A stretch of DNA of 64,000 nt, from positions 176,589-240,588 of the forward strand of contig DF237018.1 in assembly GCA_000708835.1 (NCBI GenBank), read 5' to 3'. The first letter of the stretch is position 1; the number at the start of each line of letters is the position of its first letter. The position numbers and the translations under genes are program-made. The stretch is from Klebsormidium nitens. Lineage: Eukaryota > Plantae > Klebsormidiophyceae. A model generated the notes under the pieces. It saw nothing but the letters and a program-made list of their open reading frames with translations. It made no database searches and was not told where the DNA came from. Below are positions 47,012 through 59,100 of the stretch, piece after piece.

Positions 47012-50000
47012 TCACCCTTTCGGAACGCACGCCAGCTTGTGACCCCCTCCCTTCCAGTGAAGAGTTTGACACTCCCTGCATGTGACAGGCTTGAGCTTCA
47101 GCTGGACACACTCGGATTGGCAGACTTGCGTTTTCGCAGCAAATCTTCACTCCCTTTGCTTTTACCAAAAGCGACGGCTCTCGACGATTGCAATTGATGA
47201 CTCATTAACATGAAAAGAATGAATGCTACTAGACGGGTTGCAACAAAGCAACGAATGCGACTGGCGCTTACAGGCATGCTTCGAGGAGCAACGTAATCAC
47301 CTGGCCTTTCTCCGTCAAATCCGACAGGGTTAAGCCAGATAGGTAAGTATTTTGCACCGAAACAATGAACAAGACGCCGTCCGTCGTGAACGAAGCAACA
47401 ATTACGAGCAGAATAAATCTGAAGTGAAACAAACGCGAAGGAAAGGCCAAAAGGCGCCTTAACCGGGAGCGTCTCACTTGGAGCAGTAGCGCAAGACTCG
47501 GCAGCGGCCGCATCGGCTCTGCGCGTCGGGTTTGCCGCAGTTGGCGCAGAGCGAAAGGTCCTTCTTGTCGGCGCGCGTGGAGATGGTTTCAGTAAGGGTG
47601 GGGCCGTTAGAAAAACCCTGTCGGGAGAGGATGAACTACACTTGGCAGAGCGAACCGCAGGATCGTACACGTGTCAAGCCAACAAGGGGAGGGTTTACTT
47701 GGTTGCTGTGGTGTTATCAGTTTGCCTGGATAGGAACTGACATAAAAGCCGGCAATCACAATCTTCCGCCAGACATTTCGCGTTCAAGAAAGGTCTCTGC
47801 ACCAAAATTCTGTGGCCTCCCCGTTCTGTTTAGCGTTTGACCTCGTCAAAGGGGCGCTCTGGTAAGGTGGCGCTTTGTTGGGCATCTCCAGCTCTCCTTA
47901 GAGCTCCAACGCGAGGAGGTAACCTAAGCCTTACTCTGTGCATTCGTTCAGCACTCCCCGGGATTGCTGCGAGCGCTTCATACGTGTTAAAGTTCGTCAC
48001 GTGCTCATGACCCCAGATACGCATCCATCTCAAAGACAATTTTGCCCGATTCCCCGCCCTATTGGAACAACATTTTTTTTAACAAATGCTCACCTGCAGA
48101 TTTTCGACTACACGCTGCCCCTTCCCCACCCGCCCCCTGAGCAGGTCCCCCAGATTGCCCCCGAAACCCCCCAACTGCGAAGTGTACAGTTTCGACTCGG
48201 ACTGTGTGCTAGCTGTCGATGCTAACGCTTCTTTCAGCGCCCGTTGCCGATCGGCCAGGTTGAACTCGGTGAAGTCGAAGCGGCCAGTTACGTTGCACGC
48301 CTCGCCGCACTCGGCGAGCTTCTTGCGGTACTCCGGGTGCTTCTTGTTTTTCAGAATCTGCGGAGAGAAAGAGCGGGTTGGAGGTGGGTTGGGCAGATCC
48401 GAAACTCCCGATTCCATCCCAAGCTCTAGTGATTCAATTGCACGTGACCATTGCAGAAACGAAGAATCTCCTAAGTCCTCAAACTAGCAAGTCGCGAAGA
48501 GGGGAGTTGAGCATTGCGTTTTGAAGTCCTGAGACCGATTTTAGTGATCGCCGTTTGGCCGCCTTGATATGCTTCCCGATGTGCAAGTCCGTCCCATTTC
48601 CGGCAGTTAGCAAACCAACTGAAGGCCCTTGACAGCGTGCTTGCAAAACAGTAACCAGGTGTAAAAGCCGTTGCAAAGCTTATGATAGTTGCAGATTTAG
48701 ACACTGTTTAGGTTAGTATGCGCATTTGTTGCGCCCAAACCGCCGTTGCAGATTTAGACACTGTTTAGGTTAGCATGCGCATTTGTTGCGCCCATACCGC
48801 CGTTGCCCTCAAAGGCCCCAAGAGACAACGAAGCTCGAAGGCTCACACGAAGCGACTGAGAGCCCCAGCAAACCCAATTGGGCATACCGTTTCCAAGTTG
48901 TCCGGCCACTCGGGCGAGGAATCCTAGCGAATTTTACGTTAAAGAAAGAGGCCTGTAAAGGTGGGGTGCATATATTGAACGGCAGAATTCCAGGTCGAGA
49001 ACAAGGTTAAGGAGCAGTCTTTTGCACTAGCGCAACTCTCAAACCAGAGGACCGCTCAGAAGTCGGTGAAACGAAGGAACAGGGAGGAGCATGACCGCAG
49101 TCTGCTATCTTCTCTACAATCCGTTCGTTGAATTGATAAGGTAGACCGGTTACCTGCAGCGTCTTGTTGTACCGGACGTTGCCGTGACCATCTTTCGGGG
49201 GGCACCTCCCGCTGCCTTCCAGCACTTCGCAGGCGCGGTTGACTCCTCTGGGCTGTAGAAACACCGAAAGCAATGTAGTTCGGTCAAAGCGTAGAAATAT
49301 AGCACAAATCTCTTTGCCATTCCAGCAGTTCGCAGGCGCCGATTGATTCTCCGGGCGTACAAAGCCCCGGGAATAAAAGCTGTTTTAGTTAACGCGTTAA
49401 GAAACAGAGTAGGAATCCGCTAGGGATCATCATAAATTTGCCGCCTTCCTCGTTCGAGTGGGGCTGCCAACGGTCGTTGATCGAACCTGGTACATAGTTT
49501 ATGAAGTTGGAATAGAAAGCTTCCTACCAGTTGCGGGTCAGATGCAACAAGGAAGAAATACATGTGTTCTCGCTTCGGTTTGCTACCAACTGCTTAGACT
49601 GAAGCCGGTCAGAGGCAGACTGTATACAAACTGTTAGAAATTCTCTGTCGCACGGACACATGAGGTTGAGGACTCAACAGCGACCGGCGTTGTAAAAAGA
49701 GTCCAGCAACGGAAGGAAAGGCTTAAGAGAACCCACCTTAAAATGTTCTCGACTTCAAGTTCGTGACGCCACATGTCCCCAATGTCGTACGTCCAGCCCA
49801 GACGGGCGCCTTTTTCCGTCAGCAAGTCGCCGAGCTTGTACTGCAAACCAATGCGCAAAGGGACCGCGTCAGGGGTATCATACACACTTCAGACTCTGCC
49901 TACCACTGCGTCAGGGAGCTTTTATCAACGCGAAGAGGGGTGTTTCTTCGACGTGCATTTGTAGCAAAGGCATGCGTCGCCCAAATCTTACGGACTTTTG

Positions 50001-52162
50001 TCAGGGCAGGGTAATGACAAACGAGCGAGAAACAAATGTAAACGCAGAAGCCAAAGCATGAGATGGATTCGTCTCCGGCCTGGCGCATAAAGTACCCTGA
50101 AGACAGAGACGTCAGGAGCACTTTCGTCAGGAGCATTTCTCTCAGCCAGCCAGAGTGAAAGAGCAACTTCTATCGAACATTGTTCAGCTCACATCAAAAA
50201 CTCCCTTGACTGCTTTTAGACAAGTCAAAGAAAGTAATTGACCGACAAATAAAGGAGGAGGAGTATGACCTCGCACAAAAATCATGCAATCTTCGTCGTG
50301 ATCACAACAGTTGCCTCACCTTCTTGTCGTCCATCAGGTAAAAGTAGCTGAAGTTGACGTGCATCATGTCGATTGCGTTGCTGTCCTTGGGCACGAAGCA
50401 CGCGCCTTCCCGCCGGTCGCAGAACACGTATCCATGGTAGTTGCGCACCCAACCCGTTATCGGCATTAGAACTTTGTCCGCCAGCGTGTTGAGCACGATT
50501 CCGCCAGAAACCTTGAATCTGCGAGACAGAGAGTATACAATGCGCGGCCTGGCTTTGTCAGCGGGTCTCTCGACTTTTCTTGAAGTCGGAAATCTTTTGA
50601 GAAGGCGCGCTTGCCCCAGTGGAACCCAGCAGGTTTGGTTCAGCCTGTCTCACGTCAACTTTTCTGATCACCCTTTTGAATACAAACCCTTACATGAAAA
50701 CACATTCAACACAATAATCAAGACCTGGAGCTATCTGTCCAAGCACTCAATATGGTCAGTGTCTGGGTCACGGTCAGGTTGTAAAGGCTGTTGTGGGTTC
50801 GGTGTTCTCTTTGTTTCGGGGGTATCGGCCCTGCTGACCCTATTGTGTAAGAGTCTTCCATGAGATGTGTCTTCCCCATTAGGCTTGGCGTGCGCATGAA
50901 AAACGGAGATTCCTGTCGATAAAGACCTGTATCTATGCCAACTATAAGCTCTATCCACATATCCCCATCACGTATCTTAGAACTTGGTCGAAAAGTCTGA
51001 ACCTTCTGTCCTGAGGTCACCGCATGAGTTCCTGACCACTCATCAACCTCTGTTCTTCAAGAAAGACTTTCTGAACCTCCTTTCCTGAGTCCCCACCAAG
51101 CTAGTGCCGATTGATGTTGGCGGTATCAAACAGCACAACGTTTCTTCCCATCACCTCTGCCCACATGACTCAATTCTGACCGCTGTACTCACCTTTCTCC
51201 AGACGGGGGGATCCAGCTCAGGCATGTACATCTTAATTGCATAATCCTGCTTGTACCGCTGCGTCGCCCTGTCTTTGGCAGCCGCCAACTCTTCATCTTT
51301 CCGTTCCGCCAACTGCAAAAAGATGCTGAAACTGAGAGACTAATGCAGACATCCAGTTCCAGTTGGCCAACAGCAAGACTCTCTCGAAGGTGGTCTCCTT
51401 TTTCCCCTTTCAAAGTTCTGTGCATACATCAGCGCGGTCAGGGAAGCTGGATTGACTGGGCTTTCTTTGACTTGACTCTGTTTGGTTGCGACATACCACG
51501 CCAACTCAAGAGCTGGATGCTTCAAGGCGTTGAAGAAAAGGATTCACCCTCTACTGCGAATTAGAATTGGGAGACTGTACACTGCTGGGTTTGTGATTGG
51601 GAGACTACAGCGCTCCAAGTCAACAACTCACAACCTCCTCCTGAAATGGATACATATCAACAATCAAGCGCTGAACGCAGGAGGTTTACGGAGAGAGGCT
51701 AGTCCAGGACTTTGTAACATTATCAAAGTGCAATGTGACAACCAGCGCAATGTCCCTTTCCGAGTAGATCATCTACGTCTGCATTTGCCGCATCGCCCGT
51801 GCCATTCCTTACTCTGGCCCCGTCTCTTGCTGATCCCCACCTTCCAACACTCCCCACCGATCAACCACCTCCGCTTTCGGCCGCCATACGGCTGGGTCCT
51901 CTTCGCGAATGACCCGCAGAATCGCGGACAGATCGTCATGCGGATCAATGTGCACAAAAGGCCCCATGCCTCTGCTGCTGCGCAGTGGCGCTGCCGCTGC
52001 TGAGGTTGGCGCAGCCGCTGCTGAGGTCAGCGCGGAGCTAGCCTCGCTCATGCCTGCAATGTGTGTGCCCTCGTCTTTGTCGCTCATCTCCGAACTGGAC
52101 CCTTTACCCTGATCCTCCTCACCTGATGCAATGCCAAGCTTGTCCCACTTCCACAAGTCCAC
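47012..52162 (-). pseudogene. pRiA4b ORF3 (MM3350)-like domain + C-terminal MYND zinc finger gene, copy A, disrupted
   Basis: Exons encode FKVSGGIVLNTLADKVLMPITGWVRNYHGYVF, YKLGDLLTEKGARLGWTYDIGDMWRHELEV, EGSGRCPPKDGHG and CANCGKPDAQSRCGRCRVLRYCSK-ECQTLHWKGGGHKLAC*. Lesions: in-frame TAA at 51809-51811, TAG at 51773-51775, and a 1-nt deletion near 49236. The 5' end is unresolved. Confidence 0.8.
48688..48806. repeat. 57-bp near-perfect tandem duplication in an intron of copy A
   Basis: gttgcagatttagacactgtttaggttag(t/c)atgcgcatttgttgcgccca(a/t)accgcc at 48688 and 48745; not duplicated in copy B. Confidence 0.9.
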
Positions 52163-52669
52163 TATTGTTGATACCAGGCCTGTCTGACGGCAAATCTACC
52201 ACTTCACAAAGTGCGGAGCGCAGATTGCTGTGTTGCCGCCTTGCTCCAGGAACTCGTGAACCCTTCTTCTAGACCCCTGTCGTTGTAGCCCGCTTTAAAA
52301 ATACCAACAGGGCGGATACCTAGTATCTATGATTGTAGTCTGTATGAACTTTCTAAAATAAAGTCTTGCACGCGCGGCTGGTCAGGTAGCTGTCGCAGAG
52401 GAGCATACGCCTCGAGGGCTAGTCATGGAGTGAACGCTTGATGTCCATCAACTTTCTACAGACAAAGGGAGAACAGAATGAGCAATAAAATCTAGGACCA
52501 GCTCCTACAGGGCTCCTAGTACCTAGTTACAGTAGGCTACTGTAGCTTTGGAAATGAAGAATCAGAAGATGGCAGGAAGATGTGCTGGCATTAACATTTG
52601 TGTGGGCGGAAGATGCAATGTCTTTCTGACTTTGTCACTTTGTCAGTGTCAGTGTCACTGCGTGTCGTG

Positions 52670-52702
52670 ATTGGCTAGCTAGCTTTCCAAGGGGTTCACG
52701 TG
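52670..52702 (-). promoter_or_regulatory. CCAAT box + G-box upstream of the MM3350/MYND gene, copy A
   Basis: ATTGG at 52670-52674 and CACGTG at 52697-52702. Conserved in copy B (61690-61694, 61717-61722, plus a second CACGTG at 61726-61731). Confidence 0.4.
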
Positions 52703-52913
52703 GACTTTAGCCTTTAGGGTTTTGGGTTACCTTAAAGTTATAGCCAGCCTTTCGAGACAACCAAACCCTAAAACCAGAGCCAGTGCTAGACTGAGATGAT
52801 CCCCCTTGCTCGTTCAGGCTGAACTTCAGCTGAACATTGCGTGAGTCGGCAGCGTGACCATCCCCTTCACCAAGTGCTGCAGACCTGAAAAGCGCGTGTA
52901 CACTACATGCATA

Positions 52914-53180
52914 CCGTACCAACACGCCGGTTGGGCAGATTTTTGCCCAATAATTAATTACGTACGAATTGAAATTTGGGCAACTCATTTTGGAATTTTT
53001 GAGAATTTGAAATTTTTAGAATATATGCTCGAGAACTCTTTTTCCACCAGCCAAAGTTGATCAGAGATTAAATATTAGAATTTTAATTCATTTGAAAATT
53101 TGGGCAGAATGAAAAAAAGAATAAAAATAGTCAAAATCAAATATAATTAATTGATGCCCAACCGACACGTGTTGGTACGG
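52914..53180. mobile_element. 267-bp AT-rich MITE, Tc1/mariner-like (TA target-site duplication)
   Basis: TA at 52912-13 + CCGTACCAACACGC-CGGTTGGGCA ... TGCCCAACCGACACGTGTTGGTACGG + TA at 53181-82 (imperfect ~26-bp TIRs). Non-coding interior. Absent from the equivalent site in copy A (~43730-43760). Confidence 0.85.
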
Positions 53181-53345
53181 TACATACAGCTCCGTTTCAA
53201 TGTTGCAGTCAACGTGCTGGCGCACAAACTTCACGCTCCCTCAGGTGCCCGGTACTTGTGTTCTAAATTTGTGTTTGCTCGAAGGCGAGTGACAATTGGG
53301 ACTCACCCAGAACGCGCCCCGCGTTGCATCAAATGCTTGTCAGAG

Positions 53346-54245
53346 ATGTTGAAGATGGATACTGTCAAACTTACCATTCTGCGTGGCACACTGGAGGAAG
53401 ACAATCCCCTCTCGCTCCTCCGCGGCAATGAGCACATATGGTCCAAGGTGTTTGGCCTAGTTGACACCTGGTATGAGGAGCACATAGATCGGAAGTCCGT
53501 CGCATTCGACTTGTTAGAGGTCCTTGACTCTGAAGAGAGGCCGCGCACCTTTCGCTCTGTGCTAGTCTCCTTCCCAGAGCCCCAGGGCATCCATATCAAC
53601 ATGATGCCTATCAAACTGTTCGAGCTCGACGAAACTGTCCCAGCAAACTGCCAGCAATACGTAGACTGCATTGAAATCTGTGCGGACGAAACGCGCCCGA
53701 GAAAGTTCAACCGCGTCGCATACTTGACGATCCACGAGAGTGTCGTCCCCGTGGGAGAAGCGCAGCGCCGGCCTGGGCTACACATTGAGCAGCCCGGCGG
53801 GATTCGGGACGGCGGCTCGGCTCAGCCCCTTGAGTTTGGGGAGTATTACTGGGGGAGGGGTTGGAAGGAAGCAGGCTGCAACGAATTCTTCGAAGGTATT
53901 TACATGGCTTCCAATGTCAGCGATTCTTGCACCGTGTGGCCGGTGTTGATCAACAACCCGACCGAGGTGTCGGACCGCCATGGGAGCATTGAGCACATGA
54001 GGGAGCGCTTGGGCCCTGGACGCAACCTGGCAGCGGGAGAGTTGTGCTGGTTCACCGACCGCACGCCGCACGAGGCGAACCCCCTGAAAGCCCCCTCCGA
54101 TGACCCCGGCGCAAAGTTCAGAGCCAGGAGCTTTTTCCGCTTAGTGGTGGGGCAAATCTCGGTGTGGTACTCCAAGCACAACACTCCAAACCCGTTGGGG
54201 GTGCTGCCGGACGCGCCAATCTCGGACGAGGACAAGTTCAGTTGA
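53346..54245 (+). CDS. Intronless putative 2OG/Fe(II)-dependent dioxygenase-like (DSBH) protein, copy B, intact (~299 aa)
   Basis: Open frame MLKMDTVKL...NPLGVLPDAPISDEDKFS*. HxE at 53781-53789 (RRPGLHIE), distal His at 54069 (TDRTPHE), RSFFRLV. The ORF extension upstream of 53346 runs into the MITE and is not credible. Confidence 0.72.
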   Translation: MLKMDTVKLTILRGTLEEDNPLSLLRGNEHIWSKVFGLVDTWYEEHIDRKSVAFDLLEVLDSEERPRTFRSVLVSFPEPQGIHINMMPIKLFELDETVPANCQQYVDCIEICADETRPRKFNRVAYLTIHESVVPVGEAQRRPGLHIEQPGGIRDGGSAQPLEFGEYYWGRGWKEAGCNEFFEGIYMASNVSDSCTVWPVLINNPTEVSDRHGSIEHMRERLGPGRNLAAGELCWFTDRTPHEANPLKAPSDDPGAKFRARSFFRLVVGQISVWYSKHNTPNPLGVLPDAPISDEDKFS

Positions 54246-55479
54246 AAGGTGAGGACTCGCACGTTAATCTGTTACCCAGATTCAGTGGCTGTCAGCTGAC
54301 CTGTGGTGAAAGAAGTGCCAGAGCTCCAAAGATGCACCTGAGTTGTTCTGAAGAAAGAATGGCTAAGCCGTGTGAAGACATCCAGAGGAGGTAGCCCACC
54401 TTGAAACATTGCTAACAGGTTGTTTAGGCTGCCTGCTTCTCGTAACTCGTGAGTGATTTACAAGTGCTGATTCCTGGGCCAAGTAGATCAAACTCGTTTG
54501 AAACTGGCTCACTTATTTCGAACCACTCCAGGCAGTCAGTGTGCTTCCGCCTTCTTTGGTGTCTGCAATTTGAAATGAAAGTGTGAGGTTCGCAGGCGTT
54601 TGTAGGCAGTCCAAGATCACTAGCGAGATCCTCTAGAGTCTGTCCTGGGACACCATTTACTTACTTGTGTATACTGCACCTTTGATTCCAGGATAAGATG
54701 GGTAGGAATCTGTGAGTGCTTGCCAGTTTTGGCTGGGCGTCTTGCATCAAGGATGCGGACAAGACCTGAATGTTTTTGTCAGAAACATCTTCAACTGCCA
54801 GGTAGATCAGCTGATGATGCTGACTTCTCGACTCCTTCCTTTCGCATACAAGACTCTTTCAAGTAGAGGAGACAGTCTGATCATTGGGGTACATATGCAA
54901 ATCCGTTCTGGTCTATAAGCCTTGTCATGGTATGTATATGCAGATGGGACACTCTGCATGACCGGGTGACTGGTCAGAATTTTTGGCTGACGCTTGAGGG
55001 CGACCTGCCAAGCTTGGGGCTAGACTTGAGAAGAGGTGATGAGCACATCAAGCACAGTGTTGACATCTCTTTCTGCTCAAGCTTAGAGGGGCGCTCTGTA
55101 CACTTGAGAGACACTTTGTGGGGTTCCCCAACAAGAACACTATCAGGGGGTCAGAAATGGCCAGCGCTCAGCCGCCCCTATAAAGCTTTAGGTAAGAATT
55201 TTGGTGTTGATTATTCATCCGGTGACGCGGCATTACTAGCAGGAGGAGCATCGAGTGCTTTCCAGGTGTACATTAACCCAGCCGGCACAGTGACTGTTGA
55301 TTAAAAGTTTTGAGCAGCACTATAGTATGTAGAGCAATCGTGGTTGAGTAGAGAGTGCGTCGTTGGAAGCTGATCCTAATAGATTGAGTCTGCATGATGA
55401 GGTAGTGACTGGTAGTAGACAAGAGTCTGAAAACTCTGCATAAAACCAATGCCAGCGCATGCATGAGGAGCATATTCAA

Positions 55480-55790
55480 AACGCATATATAGCAACCAGC
55501 GTAAGATTTCTATTATATGGCACACGTGACCGCAGTTGTTTCATGATTATTGTGATTGTACATGACGTACCAAGGCGGCTGACCCGTCGTTGGCCGCGGC
55601 CTTAATTCCGGCCATGCATGTCCGAAGTTGGTATACTTAAAGCGGTAAGATGGATCCGAGACGCGAATTGATTTAATTAATTGTTTATACCTTTCACTGA
55701 ATCATGATTAGCCTTATGAGCTAGCTAACCTCGAGTACTAAGTTGGGCCAGGTCAAAGATATGCATGGAAATCAGCGGTATGCCACGGCC
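55480..55790. other. Palindrome-dense spacer between convergent genes of cassette B
   Basis: GGCCGCGGCC, CATGCATG, GTATAC, GGATCC, TTAATTAA, AATCATGATT, AGCTAGCT, CTCGAG and AGTACT within about 200 bp. Not visibly alignable to the spacer of copy A. Confidence 0.5.
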
Positions 55791-56182
55791 ATCATTGTGA
55801 CCATCATGCGCAGTAAGCAAGCACACGTACCTGGCATCGGTGACGAAATGCCACCTCGAAGTACTGCCAGATTCATTCAAGGCGCCATGACCCGACCCAT
55901 GCACAGGCTCTGATCCGTCACAAACGATCAACGTAAGGCTGGTCGGATTTGCACGCCGCTGAATACCTCAGATGCCTCTCCTTTATACTTATAGGGCAAC
56001 ACTTACGCCGGAAATGTTCGTGGGACTCAACGATGAAGTTCGATAATGCGTGCCTGTAAGGCACAGGCCTGCCAGAAACAACGCCGCCCCTTTCGAAAGT
56101 TTGAACCTGGGCCTGTTCTCAGCACGATTACCGCAACACGCATCGCATGTCACCCCCAACGTATTAATGCCGAATGAACGCT

Positions 56183-59100
56183 TCATCCTTTTGGGACGCA
56201 CGCAAGCTTGTGACGCCCTTCCTTCCAATGAAGAGTTTGACACTCCCTGCACGTAGGGTGAGGAGTGGTTGGCCATACTCAAACGAGCAGACCTTAAGTA
56301 GCAGAACACTTCACTCTCTTTGCAATCACAAGGAACGACGTCTCTCGCCGAATGCCGCTGATGACCTTCTCACCTGAATTCCACGAACGCAACCGAATGG
56401 GTTGCCACCAACGAGAACTACGGCTTACAGCCATGCTTCGAGAACCGGAACCAACGGAACGACCCGGCCTTATCCCTCTATCTTTCCAACCCTTGAGGGG
56501 TACATCAAGGTGAAAGCCATCTGCACTTCGACAAGGGCGCTCCGCCTAAAGTACAGAAACGAAGGGAATGGGACAGCCTGGACTGGAAACACGACGAAAA
56601 CAGAGGCAACGTGAGAGGGCACGCGTGCGCGTCTCACTTGGAGCAGTAGCGCAGTACTCGGCAGCGGCCGCATCGGCTCTGCGCGTCTGGCTTGCCACAG
56701 TTCGCGCAGAGCGAAAGGTCCTTCTTGTCCGCGCGCGTGGAGATGGTCTCTGTTAGGGTGGGGCCGTTGGAAAAACCCTGGAGAGGATGAGCTAAACTTG
56801 GCAAAAGCGAACGGCAGGGTCGAACAGGTGTCGAGCCAACAAGGGGAAAAGTTTTTTCAGTTACGGTTGCTGTAATCAGCTTGCGTGAATAGTATCTGAA
56901 TTACAAGCCTGCAAATCACAAGTTTGCGCTAGAATCCCACGTCGAGATGGGTCTCTGAACCAAAGTTTGTGGACCTCCCCGTTCATTTTAGCATTTGACC
57001 TTGTCAAAGAGGCCGCTAAAAGGCAATCTGGACACGTGGCGCTTTGTTCGGCGTCTCAAGCTACTTCATGATCTCCAACGCAAGGAGACCACTTGACCCT
57101 TAGTCTGTGCATTCCTTCAGCACTCCCCGGAATGCTGTGCGCGCTTCATACACGTCAAAAGTTGTCATGCGCACATGACCCCAGATACGCATCCGTCTCG
57201 AAGACAATTTTGCCCACTTTCCGCCCATATCAAAACAACACTAATTCAACAAATGCTCACCTGCAAATTTTCGACGACACGCTGCCCCTTCCCCACCCGC
57301 CCCCTAAGCAGGTCCCCCAGGTTGCCCCCGAAACCCCCCAGTTGCGTAGTGTACATTTTCGACCCGGACTGTGTGCTAGCTGTCGATGCTAACGCTTCTT
57401 TCAGCGCCTGTTGCCGTTCTGCTAGGTTGAACTCGGTGAAGTCGAAGCGGCCGGTTACGTTGCACGCCTCGCCGCACTCGGCGAGCTTCTTGCGGTACTC
57501 CGGGTGCTTCTTGTTTTTCAGGATCTGCGCAAAGGAAGAGCGCATTGGGGGCAGTTGAAAAACTTCAGGATTCTCGATTCCATCTCAAACCTCAGTAACT
57601 TGATTGCACGTGAGGTATGCGGAAACGAAGATCTCCTGACTCGTCAGAATAGCAAGTCGCGAAAAAGGGGGGATCGAATGAATTGCATTCGAAAGTCCTG
57701 AAACTGATTTCGGTGACCGGTTGGCCGTCTTGATATACTTCCCGAAATGCAAGTTAGGCCAAGCCCCGGCAATTGTCAAACAACCGACGGCCTTTGTCAG
57801 CGCCTTGCAGAACGGTGATCTGGTATCATAGCCAATGCAAAGCTTAAGATTATCTACAAATCCTCTTCGAGCTTCAAACTGGTTTCTACAAAGTAAGGGT
57901 GCGGACTTGTTGCGGCCAAAGCGTGTGACGTGTTCCAAGGCCCCAAGAAACAACGAAGCTCAAAGGCTCGCACGAAGCAACTGAAAGCACCAGCAAATCC
58001 GATTTGGGTATACCGTTTCCAAGTCGTCCAATCGGGGAAGGAATCCTTGCGGACTTTACGTCAAAGGACAGAGGCCTTTAAAGAGGGGCACAGAATTTGA
58101 ACGGCAGAAGTCCAGGTCGGGAACAAGGCTATGGCGCAACCCCTTGGGGTTGAACCAATTCTCAACAAAAAAGTCGCTCAGAAGTCGGGGAAACGAAGGA
58201 ATTCGAAGGAGCATGACCGCAATCTTTGGTCATCTCTTCGATCCGTTCCTTCAAATTATAAGCTAGACCAGTCACCTGCAGCGTCTTGTTGTACCGGACG
58301 TTGCCGTGACCGTCTTCCGGGGGACATCTCCCGCTGCCTTCCAGCAGCTCGCAGGCGCCCGTTGACTCCTCTGGGCTGCAGCGAGCATCCGAAAGATTGT
58401 CTTATTCAGTCCAAGAGTGAAGACACCGCTTCGCAGCATCATTTAGTTGTCGCCATTCTCGTTCGTCTGGGGCAGTTGAGCGAACCTGCTGCAGTTTTCT
58501 CGGGACTCGAAGGAGCCGGCTTCTGACGATTTGCGGCCACTTTTGCATAAGAGGACTCAAACCACTGATGCTTGCCCTCTTCAGGCTGCGACCACTTTTC
58601 TAGATTGACGCTGACTGGAGGCGAACGTTATATCACTGTTTAGAGAGTCTCTGTTGTACGGACAACTGAAATCAAGGACTCACGCAGCGACCGGCGCTGT
58701 AACGAGAGTCAGTGATTGAAGACAAGGGGTAAGAGGACCCACCTCAAAATGTCTTCGACTTCGAGCTCGTGGCGCCACATGTCCCCAATGTCGTACGTCC
58801 ACCCCAGACGAGCGCCTTTTTCCGTCAGCAAGTCGCCGAGCTTGTACTGCACAGTTGCAGCACAATGGGACACGTCAGGAGTACTATACATACTCCAGAC
58901 TCTGCGCACCGCTGCGACAGGGAGCTTCGATTAGAGAAGAAGGGTGTTCCTTTGACCCTGAATTTGTCTGCAAAGGCACGCTTCGCCACATTCTGACGAA
59001 CTTGTGTCAGGCAAGGCATTGACAGCCGATGCGCCCACAAGAGGAGTGCCGAAGCGTCGGTGGCAACTTGACTTGCCAGAGCTCGGAGTACGTCGTCTCT

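Larger units (their letters stand above)
43577..52703. repeat. Tandem segmental duplication, copy A (~9.1 kb)
   Basis: Collinear with 52704-61723 from the telo-repeat start (ccaaaccctaaaaccagag..gatgatcccc..cgtgaccatccccttcacca) through both genes to gtgattggctagc.agctttcca..gg..ttcacgtgg. Boundaries are approximate. Confidence 0.9.

Noticed and set aside
51773-51811. TAA/TAG in copy A opposite Ser/Gln codons in copy B, suggesting stop-codon reassignment
   Set aside because: LST8 and AFG2 end in TAA, and CK2, PLA1 and the LOTUS gene end in TAG, so the standard code applies. Copy A also has a frameshift, so these are nonsense mutations.
53151-53345. 65-aa N-terminal extension of the copy B ORF
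   Set aside because: It starts inside the MITE and is not open in the same way in copy A. The shared start is around M(L/M)KMDTVKL.
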